DNA of 63,562 nucleotides, the filler included, from Octopus bimaculoides (lineage: Eukaryota): the NCBI RefSeq assembly GCF_001194135.2. It is 7 parts of 6 records of this genome, joined end to end, with 100 filler letters (N's around TTAATTAATTAA, not from the genome) between each part and the next. Parts side by side here need not be neighbours in the genome. Positions count along the whole stretch, not along the records: positions 1 to 19,173 come from NC_068983.1; 6 more parts are not named here. One strand, 5' to 3'. The notes below the pieces were generated by a model, which saw only the letters and a program-made list of their open reading frames with translations, ran no database searches and was not told the DNA's origin. Made by a program: the position numbers and the translations under genes. Positions 1 through 11,145 of this stretch are shown one piece after another (position 1 is the stretch's first letter; every line of letters starts with the position of its first letter).

Positions 1-28
1 TGTTTCTCCCCTTGTCACAAACACACTA

Positions 29-126
29 TTTCTTTCTTTCTTTCTCTCTCTCTTTCTTTCTTTCTCTCTCTTTCTTTCTTTCTCCCTCTCTTTCTTTCTT
101 TCTCTCTCTCTTGCTCTCTCTCTCCT
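29..126. repeat. (TTTC)/(TC)n pyrimidine microsatellite
   Basis: Direct reading; explains the low-complexity ORF 12..236. Confidence 0.95.
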
Positions 127-681
127 TCACGCGCGTACGCACAGATTTGACTTCGCCATGTCAACAAACTTCAAAATTGGTAAAAGTTTATCGATTTTTA
201 CAGCTATACGCGGGTGCCTCTGTGAGAAAAAGTTGACAAAAACACAGATAGGGTCATGAACAATGTCCTCCTAAAATTGGAGCGACATGCGTGCTAATTT
301 GTGGGCGTGCATAACCCACATCACGTACACACACACACAAACATCTTGTGTTTTATAGATATTGATTGATGCTACAATTAGCTATGTCTCTTTTTTTAAC
401 ATTACATTTTATTATACATTTCATACACCAGAAGTGGTGCTACAACTATATAATGAGACACTATGGAGGAAATCCGCACCATTGTTATAAATAAATCACA
501 AGCTCTTGTTACCAACAGGAAATTTACTTTCATCATCATCATTATTAGTATACACATGTATATGCACATCTGAGTGTATGTGTTTTCTATATAAATACTT
601 ATATGTAGGTATAATAAATTAATTAAGAACAAGCAGTTACAAGGCCTCAAGTCATTTATAATATATTTCTACAGAAGAGAG

Positions 682-740
<59 letters not shown>

Positions 741-959
741 GGAGAAAACCCACAAGAATCCTCAGAGTGAAAGGTCACAGTGAATTAATATAGAGAGATA
801 ACACATCCAGGATATTCATACTATAAGGTCATAGATGAGATACAGGAAAATTTGAGTGTTGGTTTAAAGTAAAATAGGTAAGTAAAATCCATGGTATCAC
901 ATGGTATCATATATTTATACACACACACACACACACACACACATTCACACGAGATTGAA

Positions 960-1105
960 TACCAAGGATCTTCATTCCAGTCTTTTCTCTGCCATTCTTC
1001 AACACTCCCCATATGATGATTTATTCCACTCCTTAATGTTACTAATTCAGTTTGTCATAAGTCTTCCTCTCAAGCATTTACAATTCATCTTTGCTTTTAG
1101 TTATA
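960..1105 (-). mobile_element. RTE LINE ORF C-terminal fragment (decayed)
   Basis: Minus strand reads RGRLMTN*ISNIKEWNKSSYGEC*RMAEKRLE*RS, matching the RTE C-terminal pattern RGRP..W...IKEW.......RMAE.R.EWR. Confidence 0.65.
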
Positions 1106-1277
1106 GTTAGCAAAGTATTGTAGGTCACTTGAAGCAGTGTGTATTGTTTGTAAAGAACAAAATGTTTTGAATGACACAACAATGCACTATAATACAAACA
1201 TTGGACTATAATAACCGTTGTTATTTAATCATCCATAGTCTGATATGATATTTCGGAATAAAAATTCTTTCTTCAGA

Positions 1278-1753
1278 TCATCATCATCATCATCATCATT
1301 TAACGTCTGCCTTCCATGCTAGCATGGGTTGGACAATTTGACTGAGGACTGGCAAACCAGAAAGCTGCACCAGGCTCCAATCTGATCTTGCAGAGTTTCT
1401 ACAGCTGGATGCCCTTCCTAACGCCAACCACTCAGAGAGTATAGTGGGTGCTTTTACGTGCCACCGGCACGAGGGCCAGTTAGGTGGTACTGACAATGGC
1501 CATGCTCAAAATGGTGTTTTTTACGTGCCACCTGCACAGGAGCCAGTCCAGCGGCACTGGCAACGACCTCGCTCGAATGTTTTTTCACATGCCACCGGCA
1601 CAAGTGCCAGTAAGACAACGCTGGTAACGATCACGCTCAAATGGTGCTATCTACGTGCCACTGGCATGGAAGCCAGACAGCTGCTCTGACAATGATCATG
1701 CTCAGACGGTGCTCTTAGCGCTCCACTGGCACAGGTGCCAGTCATCGAATTTG
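1278..1753 (-). mobile_element. RTE 3' UTR copy (family A) with (GAT)n tail and five ~66-bp hairpin units
   Basis: (CAT)n-TTAACGTC..CCATGCTAGCATGGGTTGGAC..CTGGATGCCCTTCCTAACGCCAACC core shared with many other copies in the window; GTGCC-N3-GGCAC-type units at 1458, 1525, 1589, 1655 and ~1719. Confidence 0.9.
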
Positions 1754-3083
1754 CACCTTGGGATTATAAGAGTGTCACTGTCTCTCTTGTTCACCAGGTA
1801 CTTTGTGGCAATCTCCTGTTCTTAGATTGCAAATGCATAGCCCTCAAAGTGTGATGTGATGTAGTGGTCTTGTGTCCAAGAGAGGCTGCACTTCATGTCA
1901 ATTCTACTGTCTTCTTCAAGCTTCTGGGCAACATACCCATGCATTTCTTCTTAGGTAGGGTCTGTTAACATTACTGTTTCTGTGGAAGTTCCCAGTTGTC
2001 AAGATTTTGTGGGTTTTGATATCTATGGAGTGGATTTCCTCTCCAGACCAATCAAATATCCCAAATGTTGGAATCAGCACTGGTACTGCATAACCAAATA
2101 TGAACGTTTCTTTTGGCCAAATTCCATGCCTATATCAGCTGAAAATGTTGTTATTAATTCCAGTTGTTTTTTGGAATTGTTAACACTTTTAGCATAAATC
2201 TTCAGGTCAACTACAAAGAAATTATGAGTTACATTGATACTTCTAGCAGTTGAAGATCCTAGCATGTAACCATTTGTTTTCTGCAGTGGGAACGATAATG
2301 GATTTAGTGTCAAAATGAAAAGAAGTACAGAAAGGCTATCTCACTGGAATGTTCCTTTGAAATGCCTCTTCTATCAGAAACAATTATTCTGTTCTCAGTT
2401 GGAAGGGTGAGAATTGTTGTTCATGTCTTTGTAAGTCTCTCTACAGCAGCAATTAATGTAGTAGGTACTTTTACCAGATGTAGGCACTTCAACAGCCATG
2501 AATAAAGGATAGAGTTGCATGCCTTCTTATAGTCAAGCCAAACTATCACAAGATTTCTACACGGTTTTCTTACTTTAGACAGTACAGCTTTGTTTATTAA
2601 AAGTTGTTTGGCACATCCCCACACTCACTTCTTTCCAACAGCCTGTTCATCAGTCACAATGTTGTTTGACTTAATGGTCCTAGAGGAATTGATTGAGGCA
2701 ACTTGTGTACAGTTTGTACATAATGTTTAGGCAAGCATTGGGCTTGTAATTTCCTGCCTCTCAGTTATTTCATTTTTGGCAACAAGATTAACCCTTACTG
2801 TAGCAAGCCAATTTGGTATATCAATCTGACCTTCCATAGTTCTTGTGAACATAGGGAGGTAGTACCATGACAACAGTGTAAGACAGCTGCGAATCACATG
2901 CATGATGTCTTCTACAGAAATATGGCATAGCCTACACATGCGGTTGCACCTTGGGATTATAAAAGTGTCACTGTCTCTCTTGTTCACCAGGTACTTTGTG
3001 GAAATCTCCTGTTCTTAGATTGCAAACGCATAGCCCTCAAAGTGTGATGCGGTGTAGTGGTCATGTGTCCAAGAGAAGCTGCA
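1751..3083 (-). mobile_element. R4/Dong-clade non-LTR retrotransposon fragment (RT plus CCHC region), rearranged
   Basis: Minus-strand peptides GCAKQLLINKAV..RNLVIVWLDYKKA, THNFFVVDLKIYAKS, FSADIGMEFG, FEGYAFAI*EQEIATKYL and CRLCHISVEDIMHVIRSC are diagnostic of RLE-type R4/Dong ORFs. Confidence 0.9.
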
Positions 3084-3639
3084 AAAGCAGACTTTTGGAA
3101 ATAGTTGTTTGAATTTCCCCATTTTTGTTGGGGTTTGCCCCTGCTTTGTTTTTTCATGCATTGTGAAACAATGAAGGGAAGTCATTTTTAAAATGCATGT
3201 CTTTTAAATGTTGGTATTTTCCCCCACTCTCTCTCTCTCACACACACACTCATCATACCTTTGGAACAGCAACAACCACAAAAATGTTTTTTTCTTTATC
3301 GCAATTTCCTGTCATTGTATCTTGTTCTACATTCTGAAACATATGCAATTCACATTAAAAGAAAAAAAAATCTCACCCCATTCTTCCCTCCTTCATTGTA
3401 TTTTTCACAATGAAGGAAAAGCCAAACATCACAAGTGGAAGTGTGAAAAACGGAATTTGAATTTTGGAAAAATTTATTTATAAAGTGACATTTTCAGTCA
3501 TTTATTTAAACTTTTTCTGCTAACTCATCAAATTCAATTATTTGAAATAGATGGGTTTTGAGATGTAAATTTGGTAATTTTTTAAAACTTTAATTCTAGT
3601 GAACTTGAAGTGCCCCAGGTCCTGTTCTTCAGGCAAGAA

Positions 3640-5607
3640 GGCTTCCAAGAAGCAATCCAGTTTGGAAAAGAAGGATCTGGAAGCTTAAGGATCCTCTGAA
3701 TAGTCAGAGATTTAGAGATATCCTAACTGAAGAATTTGAGGAGGAGTTACAGAAGTGCAACATAGAGGGTAACTGGAAGTCCCTACAAGACAACTTGTTG
3801 AAAGCCACAGACCAAATTTGTAGCTGGTGCAAAGTTCCAACTAGACCTAAAGTGACATGGTGGTGGAAGAGTGTAGTTGACAGAGCCATTATATCAAAGA
3901 AGCAGGCCTGGAAGGAGGGGAAGGGTGGCAGTAGTAAGGAACTATGCCAGGTAGCAAGACGGGAAGCTAGAAGATAGATATACTTAACCATGGGTAAAAC
4001 AGAAAGAAAGAAGTGTTTTGGCTTGAACTGTTTTGGCTAGCAAGACAGTATGTCAGGGAAAATTGTGATGTTATTGGAGAGAAATGTATTTTCAAGGGTG
4101 ATGAATCACTTGCAGTTAGTGACTCTGCAAAGAAAAAGGTTTGGAAGTGACACTAGGAAAGGCTGCTATATAGAGAAAACTCATGGTAGAAGGAGAGTCT
4201 GCCTAATGTGGATCTAACAGAAAGACCAGCTATCTGAATAGATAGTAGCTTGATAGATAAAGCCATGAAGGACACGAAGATGGGGAAAGCACCTGACCCA
4301 TCAGGAATTACCGTTGAGATGCTTAAAATATCTGGCGGTGTGGGTTATGGTCAAGTCACCCATATAGTTATCAGGAGTCATACCCAATGACTGAGGGAGT
4401 CATACCCAATGACTACTGTAGCAACACCATAGTCAACTGCTACAAAGGTAAGATAGAAATAATTACAGAGGGATCAAATTGTTGGATCAGGTGATGAAAG
4501 TTACAGAGAGGATCATAGCCCATCTGATTAAGAAGAGAGTTAGGCTAGATGGGATGCAGTTTGGTAAGGCAACTGAAAGAGAAGTACCTAGCCAAAAATA
4601 AACCTTTGTACCTGGCTTTCATTGACGTGGTGGTCCATGTGGAAGCTAGTGATAGATATGTGGTTAGTGAGAGCTGTAAAAGCATGTACAGGGATGCTGT
4701 CAGTAAGCTGAGAGTTGGCAATGAGTATAGCAATGTATTCAGTGTACAAGGAGTTCACCAAGGATTGGTCCTCAGGCCCTTGTGTTCATCATAGTCCTCC
4801 AAGCAATAACAGAGAAATTCAGGCTGCCCCTGGGAGCTTCTCTATGCTGATGACCTTATTCTTATAGCTGAATCACTACCAGAAATGGAGAGAAAATTTC
4901 AGGTGTGGAAGCAAGGTCTAGAATCAAAGGGCTTTAGAGTTAATTTAGTAAAATCCAAAATCTTAGTAAGCAGGAAAGCAGACAAATCATAAATGCCTTC
5001 AGATAGATGGACCTGCTTGATATGTAGAAAAGGTGTAGGTGGAAACTCCATAAGATGTACCTAGTGCAAGCTATGGACACATACGAAGTGCAACAATATC
5101 AGAGGAAGGTTAACAGGGAAAATAGTCTTTGTGCATGGCATGTGTACAAGTACAATAAACACCAGAAATGTACAGAAAATAGACTCTATCAAATACCATG
5201 GGAGATACATAGAAGTAGTTGGTAACTTCTGTTAACTAGGTGACCAAGTCAGCAGCGGAGGTGAATGTTCAGAGAACATAGATGCTAGAATAAAAATAAG
5301 CTTTTGTTGGTAACAAAGGGCCTCTCCCTCAGAGTGATAGGTAAATTGTATGATGCCAGTGTGAACAGCCATACTACACAGCAATGAAACATAGGCTGTG
5401 ACTGCAGAGGATATGCAAAGGCTTGAAAGAAATGAAGCTGGTATACTTTGCTGGATGTGCAATGTCAATGTGCATGTATGACAGAGTGTAAGCGTCTTGG
5501 GGGGAAAAAATTGGGCATAAGAGGCATCAGATGTGGTGTGCAAGAGAGATGACAGTGTTGATATGGGCATGTGATGTGTGTGGAGAAGAACAGCTGCATA
5601 AAGAAGT
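3640..5607 (+). mobile_element. RTE LINE fragment (RT domain to near the C-terminus), frameshifted
   Basis: Peptides VTWWWKSVVDRAI, GKAPDPSGITVEMLK, NYRGIKLLDQVMKV, GVHQG, CPWELLYADDLILIAES (YADD motif), AVTAEDMQRLERNEA. Confidence 0.93.
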
Positions 5608-5609
5608 GC

Positions 5610-5778
5610 TGATCTCCATAACTTAGCAGTTTGGTGAAAGAAACTGATAGAATAAGTATCAGGTTTAAAAAAAAAAAATTAAAAAGTAGTGTGTTTGATT
5701 CATTTTACTAAAAATTTGTCAAAGCAGTGCCCCAGCATGACCACAGCCTTATGACTTAAACAAGTAAAAGATAAAAGA
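5610..5778 (+). mobile_element. SINE family B 3' module
   Basis: TAACTTAGCAGTTTGG..GATAGAATAAGTA..GTGCCCCAGCATG..AAACAAGTAAAAGATAAAAGA, homologous to the 3' half of the 49153-49560 copy. Confidence 0.8.
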
Positions 5779-6217
5779 TGTGAATACATACTACTGACGA
5801 AGCCCAGTGATACAGAAATGCATAACTAGCATTCCCACCACTGTCAGAAATTTTTATCTACTACAGATAATACTTTGTTTTATCTAACACAATACAAGAG
5901 ATATTATCTCTGGATAAACACTGCCCTTAATTTGGTTTTCCACAATGTATTTGTATTTACTACAACACAAAGATTACTGTGGTTATCTTTTAAATTTTCC
6001 AGTTTTTGTTTATAATAATCCCATTCCAAAATACAGAGTCATATGTACATCAGGTCATTATAAAATTAGGTCACAAGGTCAAAACTTTTTTTTATAATTT
6101 AGGCATCTGTATGTTTTTTTATAATTATTGATCTACTCTTGGGCAGTTCCTCCTGGATGGAGACCAAGGCATGTTTTTTTTGTTTTTGTTTTTGTATGGA
6201 AGATCAGCTAGTCTCTA

Positions 6218-6437
6218 ACTCATTCTATTCTTTTCTACTCTAGACCCAGAATTTTTGGGGAGGGGGCCAGTCAATTAGATCGACACCAGTATGCAACTGG
6301 TACTTAATTTATCGACCCCCCCAAAAGGATGAAGGCAAAGTCAACCTCGGCAGAATTTGAACTCAGAACGTAAAGACAGATGAAATACCACTAAGTATTT
6401 CACCTGGTGTGCTAACGTTTCTGCCAGCTCACTGCCT
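6218..6437 (-). mobile_element. tRNA-derived SINE family C
   Basis: Reverse complement has a GAGCTGGCAGAAACGTTAGC head, a GTTCTGAGTTCAAATTC B-box-like motif and a GCCTTCATCCTTT..GTCGATAAATTAAGTACCAG central domain. Confidence 0.85.
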
Positions 6438-6439
6438 AA

Positions 6440-6590
6440 ATATTCTTTTCTATTCTAGGCACAAAGCCCGAAATTCTGGGGGAGGGGGGTAGCTGATTAG
6501 ATCGCTCCCAGTATGCAATTTGTACTTAATTTATCGGCCCCAAAAGGATGAAAGGCAGTCACCCTCAGTGGAACATAAAGACAGATGAAA
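6440..6590 (-). mobile_element. SINE family C, partial or deleted copy
   Basis: Same central domain and tail as 6218-6437; head missing. Confidence 0.75.
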
Positions 6591-6591
6591 T

Positions 6592-6825
6592 ACCTATTTC
6601 TTTACTGCCCACAAGGGGCTACACACAGAGGGGACAAACAAGGACAGACAAACGGATTAAGTCGATTATATCGACCCCAGTGCGTAACTGGTACTTAATT
6701 TATCAACCCTGAAAGGATGAAAGGCAAAGTTGACCTCGGTGGAATTTGAACTCAGAACGCAGTGGCAGACGAAATACCGCTAAGCATTTCGCCCGGCGTG
6801 CTAACGTTTCTGCCAGCTCGCCGTC
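6592..6825 (-). mobile_element. SINE family C, CpG-intact copy with a different tail
   Basis: GGCGAGCTGGCAGAAACGTTAGCACGCCGGGCGAAATGCTTAGCGG..GTTCTGAGTTCAAATTCC on the minus strand. Confidence 0.9.
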
Positions 6826-6994
6826 TTTCTCACTCATTCTATTGATGTTGTTCAAGGAATAGTAAAAGCCAATACAGCTTTGCACCTGTGTCATCGCAGG
6901 TTTAGAATTCAGAACATAAAGAGCTGAAATAAACTTCCCAATGCTCAAACGATTCATCCAATCCATCCACAAGCCTAGAATAGTATTTTATTGT

Positions 6995-7497
6995 AGCTAT
7001 GTGGTAAGAAGTTTGCTTCCCAACCACATGGTTCCATGCTCAATCCCACTGTGTGACACCTTGTGAAAGTATCTTCTACAATAGGCCTGTGTTGACTAAA
7101 GCCTTGGGTGTGGATGAGTGAACCTAGAAGATGGAAACTGTGTGCAAGCCCAATAGATATATAGATGTGTGTGTGTGTGTGTGTGTGTGTGTATACATGC
7201 ATGCATGTGTGTGTGCATGTGTATGTGTACACATGTGTGTGTGTGCATGTGTATCTTTGTGCTAGTATTTATGCACCACACTACCATCATTTGACATCTG
7301 GTGTTAGTTTGTTTACATCCTCTAACTTGGCAGTTCAGCAGAAAAGATCGATAGAATAAGTACTAGACTTACAAAAATTTTTTTTTTTTTAACCCATAAT
7401 ACTGGAATTGATCTGTTTAATTAAATATTTCAAGGTAGTGCCCCAGCATGGCCACAGTCCAATAAATGGCAGAAGTAAAAGATAAAAAAAAGAAAGA
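6995..7497 (+). mobile_element. tRNA-derived SINE family B (diverged), internal (TG)n
   Basis: GTGGTAAGAAGTTTGCTTCCCAACCACATGGTTCC head; 3' module GTGCCCCAGCATGGCCACAGTC..AGTAAAAGATAAAA. Confidence 0.8.
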
Positions 7498-7504
7498 TAA
7501 ATAT

Positions 7505-7875
7505 AAGCGCAGGAGTGGCTGTGGTAAGTAGCTTGTTTACGAACCACATAGCTCCGGGTTCAGTAGAGGACACCTTGGGTATGTGTCTTCTACTATAGCC
7601 TTGGACCAAAGCCTTGTGAGTGGAGTTTAGTAGATGGAAACTGAAAGAAGCCCGTTGTATATATATATGTGTGTGCGCGTGTGTGTTTGTCCCCACAACA
7701 TCACTTGACAACCAATGCTGGTGTGTTTGCATCCGCATTACTTAGCCGTTCGGCAAAGAGACTGATAGAATAAGCACTTGCAAAAAAAAAAAGTCCTGGG
7801 ATTGATTTGCCCGACTAAAGGCGTTGCTCCAGCATGGCCACAGTCAAATGACTGAAACAAGTAAAAGAATAAACG
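7505..7875 (+). mobile_element. SINE family B, near full length
   Basis: GCGCAGGAGTGGCTGTGGTAAG head through GACTGAAACAAGTAAAAGAAT tail. Confidence 0.9.
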
Positions 7876-8455
7876 AATAGAAATATGAGTGTGGTACATC
7901 AGTACAACAGACACGAGAAAAAAGCAAGTAAAAACATGATTTACTACTTTGACGACCACAACAACAACAACAACATAACATAAACAACAAAAATTGTTCG
8001 ACTGTAGCAACGGTAATGATATCGATAACAACAATAGATCAACACTGAGAGCAGCAAGAAATAAACGAACAAAGCAAAGATGAAAACAGCGAGTTTTTTT
8101 TAAAATATATGTTTCTACATTTTGTGTAAAGAGTTTTTTTAAAAATTTTCCCGCTTCAGAAAGCAAACACACACAAACTCATAGCACACAACTATACACA
8201 CACACACACATATATACACCTTGTCAAAAAGGTACCTCACTTTTTAGTCTGTTTCTTTCATTCCCATTAGAATACATTTTGGTTGTTGTAATTCTTCACA
8301 ACTCGTCTACACGAGGAGCTGGGTTATAATGTAGAATGCTTCTCGTATAAGAAATAAGGTGACTCACAAAGAATCAAGACTAAAACAAAATAAAATATAA
8401 AAATAGAGAAATGAATCAAATTATATACTTTACACTAGTTGTGAGAAACCATTAT

Positions 8456-8745
8456 ATCATCATCATCATCATCATCATTTAACGTCCACTTTCCATACTA
8501 GCATGGGTTGGACGATTTGACTGAGGACTGGTGAACCGGATGGCTGCACCAGGCTCCATTCTGATCTGGCAGCTTCTACAGCTGGATGCCCTTCCTAACG
8601 CCAACCACTCCGAGAGTGTAGTGGGTGCTTTTACGTGCCACCAGCACGAGGGCCAGTCACGCGGTACTAGCAACGACCACGCTCAAAATGGTGTTTTTTA
8701 CGTGCCACCTGCACAAGTGCCAGTTAGGCGATGCTGGTAACGATC
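8456..8745 (-). mobile_element. RTE 3' UTR copy (family A), two hairpin units
   Basis: (CAT)n tail, shared core, GTGCCACCAGCAC and GTGCCACCTGCAC units. Confidence 0.9.
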
Positions 8746-8872
8746 ACACACACACACACATATTTATTCACATGTATATGTATGTATATATATATATATG
8801 CATGTATAGGATCTATTCAGTTTTGCTTACAGATTTTTTAATTATTTTTTTAAAAACTAAACACGAGGTTAC

Positions 8873-8914
<42 letters not shown>

Positions 8915-8971
8915 GTACACACAAGCAGAGATACCTGGCGTTGCTCAAGATTAAAATGGTATAGTTTTTTT

Positions 8972-9112
8972 ATTGTTTTACTTCTTTTAGTCATGTGACT
9001 GCAACCATGCTGGAGCACCGCCTTTAGTTGAATAAATCGACCCCAGGATTTATTCTATGTAAGCCTCATGCTTATTCTATTGATGTCTTTTTTCTGAACC
9101 GCTGAGTTACAG
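8972..9112 (-). mobile_element. SINE family B 3' module
   Basis: TTACTTCTTTTAGTCA..CCATGCTGGAGCACCGCCTTTAG..AACCGCTGAGTTAC is the reverse complement of the B tail. Confidence 0.8.
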
Positions 9113-9923
9113 GGACATATATGTATATATCTATGTGCATGTGTCTTTGTTTGTTCTGCACCACCGCTTGACAACTGGTATTGATGTGTAACTTAGTTGT
9201 TCAGCATAAGAGATCAATAGCATAAGTACTAGAGTGAAAAGAAAAAAATATACTAAGTCCTGGGATCAATTTATTCGATTAAATTAGGTGGGGGGGGGGG
9301 GTGACTTTTCAGTGCGGCAGGCAAAAATTTCCAAAGGAAAAGGTTTGTGGGCGGGTAACAAGTTCTAACTCATATATCTAACTCGATACATATTAATAAA
9401 GATAAGTTTAACATATTAAATTAACGCGTAACATCTTCATTAACACCGTCACTGGATTTAGGACATTTATATTACTTATGCGGTATTCTATATTTTTCAG
9501 CTAGAGTGTAGTTGGGTCTCAAGGGGGTGGTACAAACCTAGCAATACGTGTTTTATAGTTATAATAAAATTTCCATTCAAATGACAGTTCTCAGGTGATT
9601 TCTGACCATTTTAAGTCGTAGTAGAAATATAACCTACGTCGCAAATAGATATACAATTACTGTAGAAATTTTATAATTGTAAACATTAACCATATTTTTT
9701 ACACGCCCAATTGCGCCAATTCTGAATGAAGCCTTTCAAAGCAGTGATCCAGCATGCATTAAACAAGGGGAAGATAAAAGAAATATTTACATAATCTGGG
9801 TTTTACGCTGGGTTTTACCCTGGGTTTTTCCATGACGACTTCCACTTGTTTACATACTTAGTGACAGCTGGGAAAACCCAGAAGTTAAATGGTATTTATA
9901 GGTGTGTGTGAATGGAGGAATGC

Positions 9924-9965
<42 letters not shown>

Positions 9966-10161
9966 TTGTGTGTGTATGTGTGTGCAGCTTTACGTATATA
10001 TGTTTGTGTGCATGTGCTTATGTTTACATATACCAATATCTAATGTGTGCGTGTGTGTGTGTAGTTTGTATGTATGTGTGCATGTGCGTATGTTTACATA
10101 TACCAATATCTAATGTGTGTGTGTGTGTGTGTGAACATATACGTTTCAATAATTTGTGATG

Positions 10162-10194
<33 letters not shown>

Positions 10195-10454
10195 CATATC
10201 ATCATCATCATCATCATCATCATCATTGTTTGATATATATTTATTCACAAATCTATGGACACAGGTATGTTCACACACACACACTCACATATTTACATAT
10301 AGATATATATAAACATAAGCACACACACATCTATATATATTTATATCATCATCATCAGCATTTAACAATGATGATGATGGTGATGATATATGTATATATA
10401 ATCATCATCATCATCATTTAATGATAATGATATATATATGTGTGTATATTTGTG

Positions 10455-10690
10455 TATCTTTGTTTACCCACTACCACCACTTGATAACTGGTGTTGGTAC
10501 ATTTACATCCAACACCAGTTTACATCAGCAGTTCAGCAAAAGGGACCGAAAGAATAAATACCAGGCTTTGAAACAAAAAATAAATAAATAAATAAATAAC
10601 TACTGGGGTCAATTCATTCAACTAAAAACTTCTTCAAGGTGGTGCCCCAGCATGGCCTCTGTCTAATAAAAGATGAAGCATAAAAGATAT
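10455..10690 (+). mobile_element. SINE family B 3' half
   Basis: TTGATAACTGGTGTTGG..CAGTTCAGCAAAAGGGACCGAAAGAATAAATACCAGG..GGTGCCCCAGCATGGCC. Confidence 0.75.
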
Positions 10691-10734
10691 GTAAACAAAT
10701 GTATGTGTTAATATATGTATATTCTGTTATTCTG

Positions 10735-11118
10735 TTACTTGTTTCAGTCATTTGACTTTGGCCATGCTGGAGCACCACCTTTTAGTCGATCAAATCGACT
10801 CCAGGACTTATTCTTTGTAAGCCTAGTATTTATTCTGTCGGTCTCTTTTGCCAAACTGCTAAGTTATGGGGATGCAAACACACCAGCATCGGTTGCCAAG
10901 CAATGTTGGGGGGACAAACACAGACGCCCAAACATATACATACATAAATATGTATATACATATATATGATGGGCTTCTTTCAGTTTCTGTCTACCAAATC
11001 CACTCACAAGGCTTTGGTTGGCCTGAGGCTATAGTAGAAGACACTTGCCACGCAGTGGGACTGAACTCGGAACCATGTGGTTGGTAAGCAAGCTACTTAT
11101 CACACAGCCACTCCTGTG
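10735..11118 (-). mobile_element. SINE family B, near full length
   Basis: Reverse complement of the head (CACAGCCACTCCTGTGC) and tail (TTACTTGTTTCAGTCA). Confidence 0.9.
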
Positions 11119-11145
11119 CTTGTTATACATATATATATACACATC

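Noticed and set aside
430-490. Phase-compatible second exon for MSTNFKI (EVVLQLYNETLWRKSAPLL*)
   Set aside because: Gives only a 26-aa product with a weak acceptor; likely chance.
4375-4415. 18-bp tandem duplication in the RTE; 70-bp tandem duplication at ~10019-10130
   Set aside because: Ordinary slippage duplications in decayed or low-complexity DNA.
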